From contig CAZNIO010000003.1 of NCBI GenBank assembly GCA_964573135.1, forward strand, positions 10,881 to 74,880: a stretch of 64,000 nt of DNA, given 5' to 3'. A model generated the notes under the pieces. It searched no databases. It was not told the DNA's origin and saw only the letters and a program-made list of their open reading frames with translations. Source of the stretch: an uncultured Gammaproteobacteria bacterium. Lineage in GTDB: Bacteria; Patescibacteriota; Patescibacteriia; UBA2196; GWA2-42-15. A program made the translations under genes and the position numbers. Of the stretch, positions 19,312 through 30,400 are shown piece after piece (position 1 is the first letter of the stretch; the number at the start of each line of letters is the position of its first letter).

Positions 19312-20778
19312 ATGAAAAAATTTATTTTTATGGCCTTATGCATAATTTTGCCATTCAACAATATATCAGCTAATAACGAGGTTACATTAGAAATTATTAC
19401 TCCCAAAGAGGGGCAGTATCTTGCCGTAAACGACTCTATTACTTTTAGTTGGGTGCAAACAGGCTTAGATAAGCTAATGCTAGAAGCACAAATTTGTTGG
19501 CATGATGATATGCAGAGCTTATCCGCAGTAAAGGAAATACATTGTGCTGGAAATTCGGATATTACAAATGGGCTTATTGATGTCGACACTAATGCAAGCA
19601 ATAATTCATTTGAATGGCAACTCCCCAAAATGTTTAAGTCTGGTTTATATAAAATATGGGCTAAAGGTTATGCTAATACTGGGACAAGCGATTCTGTTTA
19701 TTTGGAAGATAAGATGAATCAATATGTAATAATAGATAAGGGAGACCAGAATTTTAGTTTAATTAATTCTACTAGTTTAAATAACATCAGTCAGAACAAG
19801 GTGATTGTTGATATTGGCACTAACAAGCTTTATGCAAATGCGTCAAGATATTTTGTTAGATGGAAAACTCCATGTAACGGCCAATACGCTAATGTCTGGC
19901 TGGTAGCAGAGGTTTTACAAGATGGAACCGAGATAGTTATTCCTATGACTTTTTATGAATGGCATTATGAAACGAATAAATTAAATTTAGATGTGTTCAA
20001 TAATAAGAATATATATTATGGATTAATTCCCGGTTCTGGAAGTACAGACAAAACTCAGCACCATCAATTACCTAGTGATCCCAGTTCGGGTAAGTTTAAT
20101 TTTGCACAAATTTTAATTAAAAGATCACCTGCGGGTGAATATTATACCGAACGAGTGTCTAGCAACTTATATACAAAAGGAAAAGAGCATTATAAGATAA
20201 GGGTTGATGTTCATGGTAACAATTGTTCAGCTACAGGATTAAGTAGATATATTTATCCTACTGCTGTTCTAGATGAACCTATACCATCGCTACCTTTGGA
20301 TAATGTTGTTAATGATTCCCCTGAGACAACCACTATCAGTGATAATAACAACACTTCGCCTAAACTAGTTGCAAAAAAAGCAACAATTGATAAAACATTG
20401 AGTAATAGGCTCAAAGGCAAACTCCTCCTCCAAGTCCAAAACCGTGGCCGTATTTGGTATGTAAATCCAGGTGACGCCAGGCGACATGAGGTAACATTCG
20501 CCAATGCTTTACCTTTATTCGAAAAGTTATCATTGGGTATTACTGATGCTGATTTAGATAAAATTCCAATGCACAATGATAATTGGACATCATCGATTGG
20601 TGATAGATTAAAAGGTAAAATACTCTTACAAGTACAAGATAGAGGAAGAATTTGGTACGTAGATTTCAATGGTAAAAAATGGGAAGTAACATGGAAAAAT
20701 TTAATGACGTTGTTTGAAAGTTTGGCTTTGGGTATCACTGATAGTGATTTGGATAAGATACAGATGGAGGGATTATAA
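19312..20778 (+). CDS. Secreted protein with duplicated C-terminal RLKGKxLLQVQxRGRIWYV domain
   Basis: Signal peptide; two tandem ~65 aa C-terminal repeats. Confidence 0.8.
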   Translation: MKKFIFMALCIILPFNNISANNEVTLEIITPKEGQYLAVNDSITFSWVQTGLDKLMLEAQICWHDDMQSLSAVKEIHCAGNSDITNGLIDVDTNASNNSFEWQLPKMFKSGLYKIWAKGYANTGTSDSVYLEDKMNQYVIIDKGDQNFSLINSTSLNNISQNKVIVDIGTNKLYANASRYFVRWKTPCNGQYANVWLVAEVLQDGTEIVIPMTFYEWHYETNKLNLDVFNNKNIYYGLIPGSGSTDKTQHHQLPSDPSSGKFNFAQILIKRSPAGEYYTERVSSNLYTKGKEHYKIRVDVHGNNCSATGLSRYIYPTAVLDEPIPSLPLDNVVNDSPETTTISDNNNTSPKLVAKKATIDKTLSNRLKGKLLLQVQNRGRIWYVNPGDARRHEVTFANALPLFEKLSLGITDADLDKIPMHNDNWTSSIGDRLKGKILLQVQDRGRIWYVDFNGKKWEVTWKNLMTLFESLALGITDSDLDKIQMEGL

Positions 20779-20801
20779 TTAAGAAATAATAGGATATTTT
20801 T

Positions 20802-20894
20802 TAATTAATAAAGAAATTATGACACTGTAGGCATATAGATATATTCCTGACTTTCCTGGATTCTAGTTCTAACAGAGTCCACGACCCAGTACCA
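20802..20894 (-). repeat. tRNA-Lys array repeat, copy 3, ending in GTACCA (tRNA-Lys 3' end)
   Basis: Identical to copy 2 plus CCA; followed by hairpin AAAAACCCCGACA-AA-TGTCGGGGTTTTT. Confidence 0.95.
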
Positions 20895-20950
20895 AAAACC
20901 CCGACAAATGTCGGGGTTTTTATATTATATACCGAATAGCTACACTCTTT

Positions 20951-21232
20951 CTAGAGTACTGCGTCCTTGGCAGCTTTAGCAACACGGAACTTAACTACAG
21001 TCTTAGCAGGGATCTGGATGGTTTCACCAGTAGCTGGATTTCTACCTTCGCGAGCTTTTCTGTCTACCTTAACTAATTTCCCAAGTCCAGGAAGAATGAA
21101 TTCGCCGCTGTTTACAACTTCGCTATAAGCTAGCTCAGTTAGATTCTCCATGAAAGAGATGATATCTTTCTTACTCATGTCGTTTTTCTCGGCAAGTGCC
21201 TGCATGAGTTGAGATTTTGTCAATTTGGCCAT
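20951..21232 (-). CDS. hup: HU DNA-binding protein
   Basis: RKAREGRNPATGETIQIPAK. Confidence 0.95.
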   Translation of the reverse strand: MAKLTKSQLMQALAEKNDMSKKDIISFMENLTELAYSEVVNSGEFILPGLGKLVKVDRKAREGRNPATGETIQIPAKTVVKFRVAKAAKDAVL

Positions 21233-21282
21233 ATTTTTTTTCATGTTAATTTATAAGCCGTTTATTAATAATATTTTAAAGA

Positions 21283-22512
21283 TTATCTCATTTTTCTTCG
21301 AATGAAGGCCGGGATTTCCAGGTCTTCTCCACTGTCATCAAAATTCTCTTCTTCCTCTTTGCTTTTAACTGTAATTTTACTTTTTTTCCTGGCAGTGCTT
21401 TTGGTGTCTTGAGGTGTTTCAGCTTGACCATCGTATGGAGCGTCTTTACCAACCTGAGGCATATATGCGGGACCGGATTTTACGCTTTGTGAAAAAGCAT
21501 TTAAGCCGTCAAACTTGGAATCTCTTTTTTTGGTTTCTTCACCAAAGCCGGTAGCAATAACAGTCACCGAAACTTCATCTTTAGCAGCTTCATTAACGGT
21601 GGATCCAAAAATGATTTTAGCTCCAGTATCAACAGATGCAGTAATTAATCTAGCAGCTTCATTAACTTCATTCATACTTAGATCTTTGGGACCGGAAATT
21701 GTAAAGAGTACTCCTTTTGCGCCTTCAATGGATAATTCAAGCAAAGGTGAATCAATAGCGATTTTAGCAGCGTCAACTGCTCTGTTTTCACCACTGGCGC
21801 GTCCCATGCCCATTAGGGCTGAACCTGAATCTTTCATAACAGCCTTTACATCAGCAAAGTCAACGTTGATCAATCCTGGCTGAGTAATTAATTCTGAAAT
21901 TCCCTGCACACCTTGAGATAGAACGTCATCAACTACAGCGAAGGCGTCAAGCAAAGATGTTTTTTTATCAATAATTTGTAAAATTCTATCATTGGGGATA
22001 CTTATAATAGTATCAACTTTTGAACTTATTTCTTCAAATCCTTTATCAGCAATGGTGCGGCGCTGAGCGCCTTCAAAAGCAAAGGGTCGGGTAACTACAG
22101 CAACTGTCAAACAACCTAGGTCACGGGCGATTTCTGCAATAGCTGGGGAAGCTCCAGTGCCTGTTCCGCCACCCAATCCACAAGTAATAAAAACCATGTC
22201 AGAACCTTTAAGATTTTCACGAATTTCACTGGAAGATTCTTCAGCTGATTTAGTACCAAGCTCTGGGTTCATGCCAGCTCCTAATCCGCGAGTTACAGTC
22301 CGGCCAATGTGTAATTTATTTTTAGCATAACTTTGGTGAAGTGCCTGAGCATCGGTATTAATAGCCACAAAATCGACTCCGCGCAGATTCCCAGAGACCA
22401 TGCGATTAACCGCCGATCCACCGCCACCACCAACACCGACTACCTTAATCTTAGCAAAAGTTTCGATATCTGGCTTAACTTCAATCGTTTTTTTATTCTT
22501 TTTAGTTGCCAT
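21283..22512 (-). CDS. ftsZ: Cell division protein FtsZ
   Basis: GGGTGTG, NVDFAD; C-terminal LEIPAFIRR. Confidence 0.99.
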   Translation of the reverse strand: MATKKNKKTIEVKPDIETFAKIKVVGVGGGGGSAVNRMVSGNLRGVDFVAINTDAQALHQSYAKNKLHIGRTVTRGLGAGMNPELGTKSAEESSSEIRENLKGSDMVFITCGLGGGTGTGASPAIAEIARDLGCLTVAVVTRPFAFEGAQRRTIADKGFEEISSKVDTIISIPNDRILQIIDKKTSLLDAFAVVDDVLSQGVQGISELITQPGLINVDFADVKAVMKDSGSALMGMGRASGENRAVDAAKIAIDSPLLELSIEGAKGVLFTISGPKDLSMNEVNEAARLITASVDTGAKIIFGSTVNEAAKDEVSVTVIATGFGEETKKRDSKFDGLNAFSQSVKSGPAYMPQVGKDAPYDGQAETPQDTKSTARKKSKITVKSKEEEENFDDSGEDLEIPAFIRRKMR

Positions 22513-22652
22513 AGCCTATTTATTAATACTTTAGCAAATCAACATTTGTGCGCTAGAGATCAATTTAAATGTTGATATACCAAAATACTTATACTGATTA
22601 CACCCTTATCTTATAGACTATTTAAAAATAGTCAAGGGGACAATTTTTTAAT

Positions 22653-23903
22653 TTATGGAATTAATGATTTAAACCATTTTTTAGCTTTAACGCTAATTTC
22701 GGTAATTGATTGAATTTTTGGTAACTTAAAGTTGATTAATTTCTTGCCTGAAGCACCAACCAGTTCCTTTCCCCAAAAAGCCAAACCAACAGCAGTGGTA
22801 AATTCAAGGCTATTAACCTTATCAATGGCTGTGTGTATATTTAGTGGGTGGCCCAAAGATGCTGGTAGACGAAATCTCTTTTTGGCAACATCAGTAACAC
22901 CTGGCAGCTGCGATCCACCGCCAGTAATAACCACACCAGCGGGTAAGAGGCCTGACCGATCAATTTTTATAAGCTCTTTATCAACTAGATCAAAAATCTC
23001 TTCCATACGAGCTTCAATGATTTCAGCTACATATTTTAGAGAAACACTGTCTTCTTCAGTATCTGAAAAATCAGATAGATCAATTTCATCTTTTTTATTA
23101 ATATCATCTGAAACGGCTTGGCCATATTCTAACTTAACATCTTCAGCAACGTCGAGTGAGGTTCTAAGGCCAATGGCAATATCAGCCGTGATATGATTTG
23201 AACCAACTGGCAAGACGCTGGTGGTTAGCAATTCACCTTCTTCAAAAACAGCTATAGAAGTTGTTGATTCGCCAATATTAACTAAAGCCACACCAAGTTC
23301 CTTTTGCCTTTTGGTCAAAACACTTTCAGCATTGGCTAAAATAGACAAGACTAAATCATCAATCTCAGCTCCTGTCCTATAAACGGCTTTGGTTAAATTC
23401 TTAATTTGAGACGAAAGACCAAGAATAATCTGAGCGGTAACTTCTAATCTAATGCCAGTCATGCCGATGGGATCTTTGACGCCACTTTGATTATCTATGG
23501 TGAAGCTCTTGGGAATGACGTGCAATATTTCATAGTTGGGCGGGGTGGCCACAGCTTGAGCAGCGGTGACGACACGCTCGACATCATCTTCTTTGATTTC
23601 ACCGTTAGCCCGAGAAACGGTAACTACACCTTTGGATTCTTGGGTAACAATGTGTGAACCTGAAATACCAACAAAAACATTCTCGACAGGAGAGCCGATC
23701 ATTCTTTCGGTTTGCTCAAGACAAGCGGTAACTGATGAAACCGCGTCTTCAATACTAACAATAGTGCTTTTAGATATACCGACAGAGGGTACTTCGCCAC
23801 AACCGACGATATAAAAATTACCGTCTTGCTCATTGAATTGACCAGTGACGGATCTGACGTAGGCGGTACCAATATCGAGGCCTGTAATGAATTTTTCTTT
23901 CAT
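22653..23903 (-). CDS. ftsA: Cell division protein FtsA
   Basis: GLDIGT, VITGGGS, C-terminal amphipathic WFKSL; upstream of ftsZ. Confidence 0.97.
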   Translation of the reverse strand: MKEKFITGLDIGTAYVRSVTGQFNEQDGNFYIVGCGEVPSVGISKSTIVSIEDAVSSVTACLEQTERMIGSPVENVFVGISGSHIVTQESKGVVTVSRANGEIKEDDVERVVTAAQAVATPPNYEILHVIPKSFTIDNQSGVKDPIGMTGIRLEVTAQIILGLSSQIKNLTKAVYRTGAEIDDLVLSILANAESVLTKRQKELGVALVNIGESTTSIAVFEEGELLTTSVLPVGSNHITADIAIGLRTSLDVAEDVKLEYGQAVSDDINKKDEIDLSDFSDTEEDSVSLKYVAEIIEARMEEIFDLVDKELIKIDRSGLLPAGVVITGGGSQLPGVTDVAKKRFRLPASLGHPLNIHTAIDKVNSLEFTTAVGLAFWGKELVGASGKKLINFKLPKIQSITEISVKAKKWFKSLIP

Positions 23904-24035
23904 ATATGTGTTGGTGTTTAAATTATCCACCTATGCTTTATTATAGACTAAAATATAATTTATGCCAAGTATTTGTCCACTACTAACCAGGGCAAGCTGA
24001 ACAATATTTGTAAACAGCTAAAAAATTGTCTCTTG

Positions 24036-24392
24036 TTAGCGAAAAATGTATGGCCAAAAGATCATTAAGCCAATGATTACCGCACCAAATGAGGCCAAGA
24101 GAACTGTGGCGGCCATAATGTCTTTTATAATTAAAATATAGTTGTGAATACGTGGTTTTAAAATATCTGAGAGATGTTCAAAAATTGTGTTCAGTGCCTC
24201 AAGAACTAAAACTGAGATAATAACGATTAAGAGAACTACTTTTTCAAGCTTGGCAAGACCGAGATAAAACATTAAAAAAATTATAACAACAGCGATGACA
24301 GATTGAATACGAAAATTTTGCTCTTGCCAAACAAATCTGAAGCCACGAATAGCATATTTGAAACTACGAATTAGTTTTCTAATTTTTAACAT
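24036..24392 (-). CDS. dgkA: Diacylglycerol/undecaprenol kinase
   Basis: SFKYAIRG, EALNTIFE, KDIMAA; downstream of ybeY. Confidence 0.9.
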   Translation of the reverse strand: MLKIRKLIRSFKYAIRGFRFVWQEQNFRIQSVIAVVIIFLMFYLGLAKLEKVVLLIVIISVLVLEALNTIFEHLSDILKPRIHNYILIIKDIMAATVLLASFGAVIIGLMIFWPYIFR

Positions 24393-24811
24393 AAAGTACG
24401 TTGTAGTAAGTTAGCGCCCAACTGCTCCTCTACTTTCTGCATTGCGTGCCTGTCTTTTTTCTTTTGATGATCATAGCCAACTAGATGCAACATGGCGTGT
24501 GTTAATAATATTGTTAATTCTTTTTTAATGGTGTGGTGGTAGAGGCTAGCTTGCTTTTTAGCAAGCGGGTAGCAAATAATAATTTCACCGTCAAGATGAG
24601 TGCCATCAAAATCATAGCTTAAACTCAAAACATCGGTAGGCTTATTTATTTTACGAAGATCTAGGTTGAGTTTTTTCATTTCGAGCTCGCCAACTAGGAC
24701 AACTGATATGTCTATCTTCTTAATTTTGAGCACTCGGCTAATTTTTTTTAAAGCTTGAGATATATATTTAGTATCTACGCTGGCTTTAACCTTGTTGTTT
24801 ATTCCAATCAT
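24386..24811 (-). CDS. ybeY: rRNA maturation endoribonuclease YbeY
   Basis: PTDVLS, HAMLHLVGYDH. Confidence 0.95.
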   Translation of the reverse strand: MIGINNKVKASVDTKYISQALKKISRVLKIKKIDISVVLVGELEMKKLNLDLRKINKPTDVLSLSYDFDGTHLDGEIIICYPLAKKQASLYHHTIKKELTILLTHAMLHLVGYDHQKKKDRHAMQKVEEQLGANLLQRTLC

Positions 24812-24813
24812 AA

Positions 24814-26187
24814 TTAGTGCATCAACTTAAAACTTGAAATAATCATATTAAAGGTTGTTAAAAAATTGATATCTTGCCTAAGACCAGCATTGTAGATAAA
24901 GCTATAAATATTATCACCCAGCATGACATGAGCCCGCAAGTCATCTTCTGATTTAAGCCCAGGCATATTATCAATTTGAATTTCTTGATTTTGGCCTGCT
25001 GACTGGCCGTATTGATCAAAATACCAGTCTTCAATAGAGCCATGCTCGCCCTGGTTTGGTTCAACTATAACGGCAATAAATTCGTCAGTAGGGGCGTAGA
25101 AATATGCATTTTCTTCTGTTCCCCTTTTTTCCCAGGCAAGCGGGTAAAGTAAATTATATTTATACTTATTATTAATAAAGGTAGCCATGCGATTTGAATT
25201 AAACAGCTTGGCGTCACCGACAATTAGGGGGTCATACACATTGGTGACTTCAAGGCCATCAGCGTAGCTGTCACCATCTGTGTCAGCGTTGTTCTCGTCT
25301 GTACCAAAAAGATTTTCTTCTAAATCGCTTAAATCATCGTTATCCAGATCACTGGCTGGAAAAAATTCTTGTACATCATAGATGCCGTCATCTGGATATT
25401 CACCTATGTCATAAGATAAATTGTCTTCGCCTGTAAATTCAAAGTTGGCCAAAATTTGCGTATAGACTTGTGATAGCGTTTGGTTTTTGGGTTTAGTAAA
25501 GATCAAATTAAAAATATTTTCTCCTCGGCGACTGTAAATTGAATAGCCTCCAGCTTCTTCAATATATTTATAGGCTGAGACGTCTGCCAACTCAAAAATT
25601 TCTGACTGGTCGCTGTATGTGGAATTAGTATTAAGCCAGTCTTCAAGGCTTTCTTCTTCAGAAGTTGAGAAAACGGCGAAAGTTAGATGGATTGTATCGG
25701 ATATACCTTTTAAACTAAAAGCTTCTTTGGCAGTTGGATAATTAGATAAAATGTCTTCTTTTGTCCATTGAGATGGGTACTTGAATTTGTACCCATAAGG
25801 ATCATTTGAAATGTGTGTCCAAGTGTCAAGAATTAAAAGATCTTGATCACTATTATCCTCAACTGGCGGAGGGTTGTCCTCTGGCTCTCCTGTTGTGACT
25901 GGCTCTTCCACCTCGGCTATTGGCGTAATAGTTAGCGGTTGTTCATCTTCTTCGACACTACGCAAAAAAAGCCAGGCAGCTAAAATCATTAAAATGCCAA
26001 GAGCGACAACAATCGCAACTCCAATGACGACGGTTTTTTTTGTTCCTGTGAGCTTTATGTGATGACCTGCAGAAGATGGTCGAACAGATAAAAACTTTTG
26101 AGGTATAGTCTTAACTTCAAAGTCTTCAGTAATTATATCATGAGGCAAATTTACCTGGGCTATTTTTTCGTCTTTTTGTTTTTCCAT
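24814..26187 (-). CDS. Membrane-anchored surface protein with DxDxDG Ca-binding repeats and PsbP-like modules
   Basis: Single TM; DLDNDDLSD, DTDGDSYAD; two YPxxW modules. Confidence 0.75.
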   Translation of the reverse strand: MEKQKDEKIAQVNLPHDIITEDFEVKTIPQKFLSVRPSSAGHHIKLTGTKKTVVIGVAIVVALGILMILAAWLFLRSVEEDEQPLTITPIAEVEEPVTTGEPEDNPPPVEDNSDQDLLILDTWTHISNDPYGYKFKYPSQWTKEDILSNYPTAKEAFSLKGISDTIHLTFAVFSTSEEESLEDWLNTNSTYSDQSEIFELADVSAYKYIEEAGGYSIYSRRGENIFNLIFTKPKNQTLSQVYTQILANFEFTGEDNLSYDIGEYPDDGIYDVQEFFPASDLDNDDLSDLEENLFGTDENNADTDGDSYADGLEVTNVYDPLIVGDAKLFNSNRMATFINNKYKYNLLYPLAWEKRGTEENAYFYAPTDEFIAVIVEPNQGEHGSIEDWYFDQYGQSAGQNQEIQIDNMPGLKSEDDLRAHVMLGDNIYSFIYNAGLRQDINFLTTFNMIISSFKLMH

Positions 26188-27380
26188 TAGGGTAAAAGCT
26201 TAAAACTACTAAGTATGTATTCAAAGTCTGCCTGGTGCTCAGTTGAGCGCTTTGTAGCAATGTAGCGGAACATATAAGTATGTCCGTTGCTTGATGTTAA
26301 ATAGTTAGTACCAAAAACGGTTGAAGTTGGGGTATTATCTGGCAACTTGCTTGTTTTATTAACTAATATATAGCCTTGGTCGCTTTCTGAGATGGTATAT
26401 GCAATATCTGGTGAAACTGGATCTGTTTCTTCAATATCTACGACAAGATAAAGCTTAAGCTGATTAATATTATCATTATATCTTAAAATGTTGCCGGACT
26501 CGCTTTCAAGCACCATGCCTTCTGGCAATTGAACTTCAAATTTGTGTGTAGTATTTTTATAATAACCCGGCTTACTATCAGCTTCTAGCGGATCACGATC
26601 ACTCAAAAGTTCCTCTTTGTCGTCCATGCTGTCACCATCAGTGTCGGCTTTGAGCGGATCAGTGTTGTATACTTCTACCTCTTCTCGATCAAATAAACCA
26701 TCACCATCAGTATCTGAACTACTGGTGCTGGTACCATAAATCATCTCATCTTCGTCAGATAATCCATCACCATCTGAATCTTTTGGTGAATCAGATGGAG
26801 GTATATAAAGGTCTTCAGCATCATCTACTGTATCACCCAAATTATCTGCTTCTGGGGTTTGCGTGTCATCAGTTTCTTCATCTAGATATTCGTAAGGATT
26901 AGTCAAATTAGGATTTTCTGATGGGGTATTGTCACCTCGCGACATAAACCACCAAATTGCAGCGGCTACAGCAACACAAACGAGTAGGATAATAACAACA
27001 AGGAAAACAATATTTTTACCTCCCTTGGGTCGCTGAGAGTGGTTTGGCGTGAGCTGAGAATCTGGAACAACTCCACTTTTAGGAGTAAAAACCGAGGGTG
27101 TAGCTTTTATAGCTGGCTCAATCGGAGCTTGCGGAACTTGAGCGCCTTCTGCCTGGGGCTGGACTGGAGCAGGAGTTGGTGTGGGGGCAAGACCGGTAGC
27201 CGTTTTTTGAGCCTCGGGCGTGGCACCTGGCGTAGCAAAAATATCATCTGGTTCTTTAGTTTGTGCTGGCTCGCCAGCGTTGGGCGCAAACTCTGGGGCT
27301 GGCTTAGTTCCTGGTGTAATTGGATCACTGGGAACACTGGCTGGGGCATTTTGTTGCGGGGCTACTTTGTCTTCAAACAT
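26187..27380 (-). CDS. Membrane-anchored protein with Pro-rich N-terminus and DxDGDG repeats
   Basis: Pro/Ala-rich N-terminus, TM helix, DSDGDG and DTDGD repeats. Confidence 0.75.
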   Translation of the reverse strand: MFEDKVAPQQNAPASVPSDPITPGTKPAPEFAPNAGEPAQTKEPDDIFATPGATPEAQKTATGLAPTPTPAPVQPQAEGAQVPQAPIEPAIKATPSVFTPKSGVVPDSQLTPNHSQRPKGGKNIVFLVVIILLVCVAVAAAIWWFMSRGDNTPSENPNLTNPYEYLDEETDDTQTPEADNLGDTVDDAEDLYIPPSDSPKDSDGDGLSDEDEMIYGTSTSSSDTDGDGLFDREEVEVYNTDPLKADTDGDSMDDKEELLSDRDPLEADSKPGYYKNTTHKFEVQLPEGMVLESESGNILRYNDNINQLKLYLVVDIEETDPVSPDIAYTISESDQGYILVNKTSKLPDNTPTSTVFGTNYLTSSNGHTYMFRYIATKRSTEHQADFEYILSSFKLLP

Positions 27381-27402
27381 AATATTTTGAATTTAATTTT
27401 AA

Positions 27403-30400
27403 TTAATAGGCTGATTGGATTGAATTATATATTAAATTATATGTACCAGGAGAACATGGCTGTACAAAGTTGGTGCGATAATGACTATTAGCGGGTTGCC
27501 AGCCGGTATTTGAATATTCCATATTAGCATAGAGATCATAACTATTGCCATTACTACCGGATTTGTAATGGAACATATGCGAACCTGGCTCACACTTAAA
27601 GTTTTTTGCTTCAAGATCCCAACATTCCTTATTATACACGTCATCTGGGCAGTTAGTGCCTTCATTTAATGGATCAAGTAGCAGACTGGCTTTAATTTCA
27701 GAAGACAAGGTGGATGGCCAAGAATCCCAAAGTGAAACACTTTGACCCTGCAAGTAACTACCGGCAGATAGGGTTGGATAGCTTGTGGCGCCTGAGGCAA
27801 CACAAATTTCACTGCGAGGATCGTCGAATATATATTCTGGACAATCAGAATCTGTGTGGCAAGCTAAGTTTTGACTGAGACTACAATGGCCACGATAAAG
27901 TTCAAGATGATATGACATTTCGCCAATACCGCCAATTCTCCTGGCATCACGAGCCAACTTGTCTTTGGGTGCCTGGCATGATCCAGTGCCACACTGACTG
28001 TCTTTAGTACACCAAGTATCACTATTAGTACATAAACGTAGATTTTCACCTAAATTAGCATTAAACACAAAATTTTTATAAAATCTTTGGAAAACTTCTC
28101 TTGTAATGGGGTTAGGGAGTTCATCTATTTTGTTTTCTTCACCCTTTTTAACAGAATATGAAATTCGAAAAATATTAGTAAATATATTATGACTACCAGT
28201 GGGATTAGTATCAACTGCAGTGGGATTAGTATCAACTGCAGTGCCAATAAATGTGTCTTGACTAACACTTAAGGCGTCGTAATTATCAACTTTTAGCATG
28301 GAGTGTCCCCCTGATTCACCCATATATTTCTTGTACCAAGCAGATGGTGACAGATGTTCTGAGTTACTATAAATTCTGATACCAACAACGTCGGTGTTAA
28401 GTTGACAACTGGTATTGGCAACACAATCTTGATTGGCCTGACAAGGAGTCAGGCTATTTTCACACCAATGAGTATTATTATCTTGACTTTGAGGGAAAGA
28501 AAAGAGGAATTCTTTCATAACTTTACGACAATATCCAAGTCCACAGCTACCGTACCCCGCACAAACTGCGCCATGGTTAGCCCCACCAATGCAAGTACCA
28601 TTTGTTTCTCCAAGAATGGTACCTGGAATTGCCAAAGCCGGCAGATCGTCAGTATCTGAACCAAGACATACACACTCCCCCCTTGGGCAATCAGAGTTGT
28701 CGGGACAATCACTGTCGTCAGCGCAAGCAAGTCCAGAATCTTGGCAATACTTTTCACTATTGCCAAAATCCCTGCAATAGAAAGCTGAAAATGTCATATC
28801 ATGGCAAAATCCAGATGCACAATTGGAGAGACTGTCGTTAAAGGGGAAAGCCTGGTCGAAAGAAGGCCATGGATTCTGACAAATAAAGTTAGTGATAGTA
28901 ATGGCTTGGCTGGCAGAGCCATAATTTGGATCGCCATCATCTGGATCAAAGCCTGTAACTATCAGAGTGGTATTACCGCTCTGATCAACTGGAGTGACCT
29001 CTACTTCTTCGGTGTCGGTGGCTGATAAGATAATAAGGCTTTGTGAGGAAGGATTTTCTTTCCAAGCAAAATCAGCTACCAGCAAGTTATCTGATATATC
29101 TCTGGCTGTAGCTAAATAACCATGCTGATTGTCGGCGACGCCTGGATTGACATCGTCTGGGCAGCCATTGAGGCGAGTAACGCAGGTAAAATAGTCATAG
29201 GCTGTATCCTCTTTGGTTGACTCGTCGCTACCTGCACCACTGGTTATATTAACATTGACATGATTTATATCGCAAACATTTTTACCTACGGTAAAGAGTC
29301 CGTCAGTATAGTCATTTTCCATAATGCCACCAAGAACGCTTTTGACTCCATTGCTCTTCCCAGCGACAAAAATACGATGTGTGACTGAGCTGTCTGGTTG
29401 CCCAAGTAAATCACTTGGCCTAAAATATGTGACTGTCTTGCCGTTTACGTTGTGGGCTGTAACCTTGCCATCAACTGGACAATAGGTACCGCTTTGAGCA
29501 AAACTCTCTTTAGATAATAGATTGCGGAAAAAAGCAATAACTCTATCTTTTAAGGTGGGGTTATAGACATTAGCGGGTGGCTGTCCATCACAACCACGCC
29601 CATCTGTACGCAAATATTCAAGTTTTAAGGTAGTTGAATTAATAGAATTTAAGTTCATCTCTCTATCAAAGGTGAGACTAACCATGGCATTACGGCAGGC
29701 GTCAGTACCTGTTGGCGAATAACTTAAAATTGAAGGACTTGGTGATTTTTGGCAGGTACAATTAGCATCGGGATCACACCAGAAACCTTGCCAGCACATA
29801 TTGTTATCAGCATCACAAACAGGCTGGTTACTCAAATTTGAATCACAGGGCGCTCCTTCGCCACCACCTGCAATTGTGAATTTAAGCCCATTGCTGGGAC
29901 AGCTTGCCACTGTAGCGATAACGTCGCCAGTGCTAGCGCTATCTGGAACTTGAGTAGATATGTTGGCGTCAAGCCAATTGGAAGTAGCAGCTGTAATATT
30001 GTTAAAAGTAACTAAATCTTTGGTAGTACCAAAATTACTACCTGAGATACCAACAGCATCGCCAGGCTGGCCTTGATATCTGCTAAGTGAGCAAATTCCA
30101 GGAATATTATCTGTAATGCCATTACAATTAGACGTTACTGTGAAATTCCCGTTACCATTATTACTTTGTACTGTATTCAATCCATAAGCATCTGTTAGTG
30201 TAACCACATGAGAACCTTGGCTGACCACTGGAACCTCAACAATGACCTGAGTGTCTGTCCAGGAAGAAGAGCATGGATAAAGACTAACCTGGGTACTGCC
30301 AAAATTAATACTACTGCTTTGCCCTTTTGATTTAAAATAGCAACCTTGGATGGTAGTCCAGCGACCAGCAGGGCCATTATCTGGACTTAGACTCTGAATA

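Noticed and set aside
17904-20894. Repeats as a CRISPR array
   Set aside because: Repeats are 75-90 bp and separated by 1-1.7 kb gene-bearing segments; no cas genes in the window.
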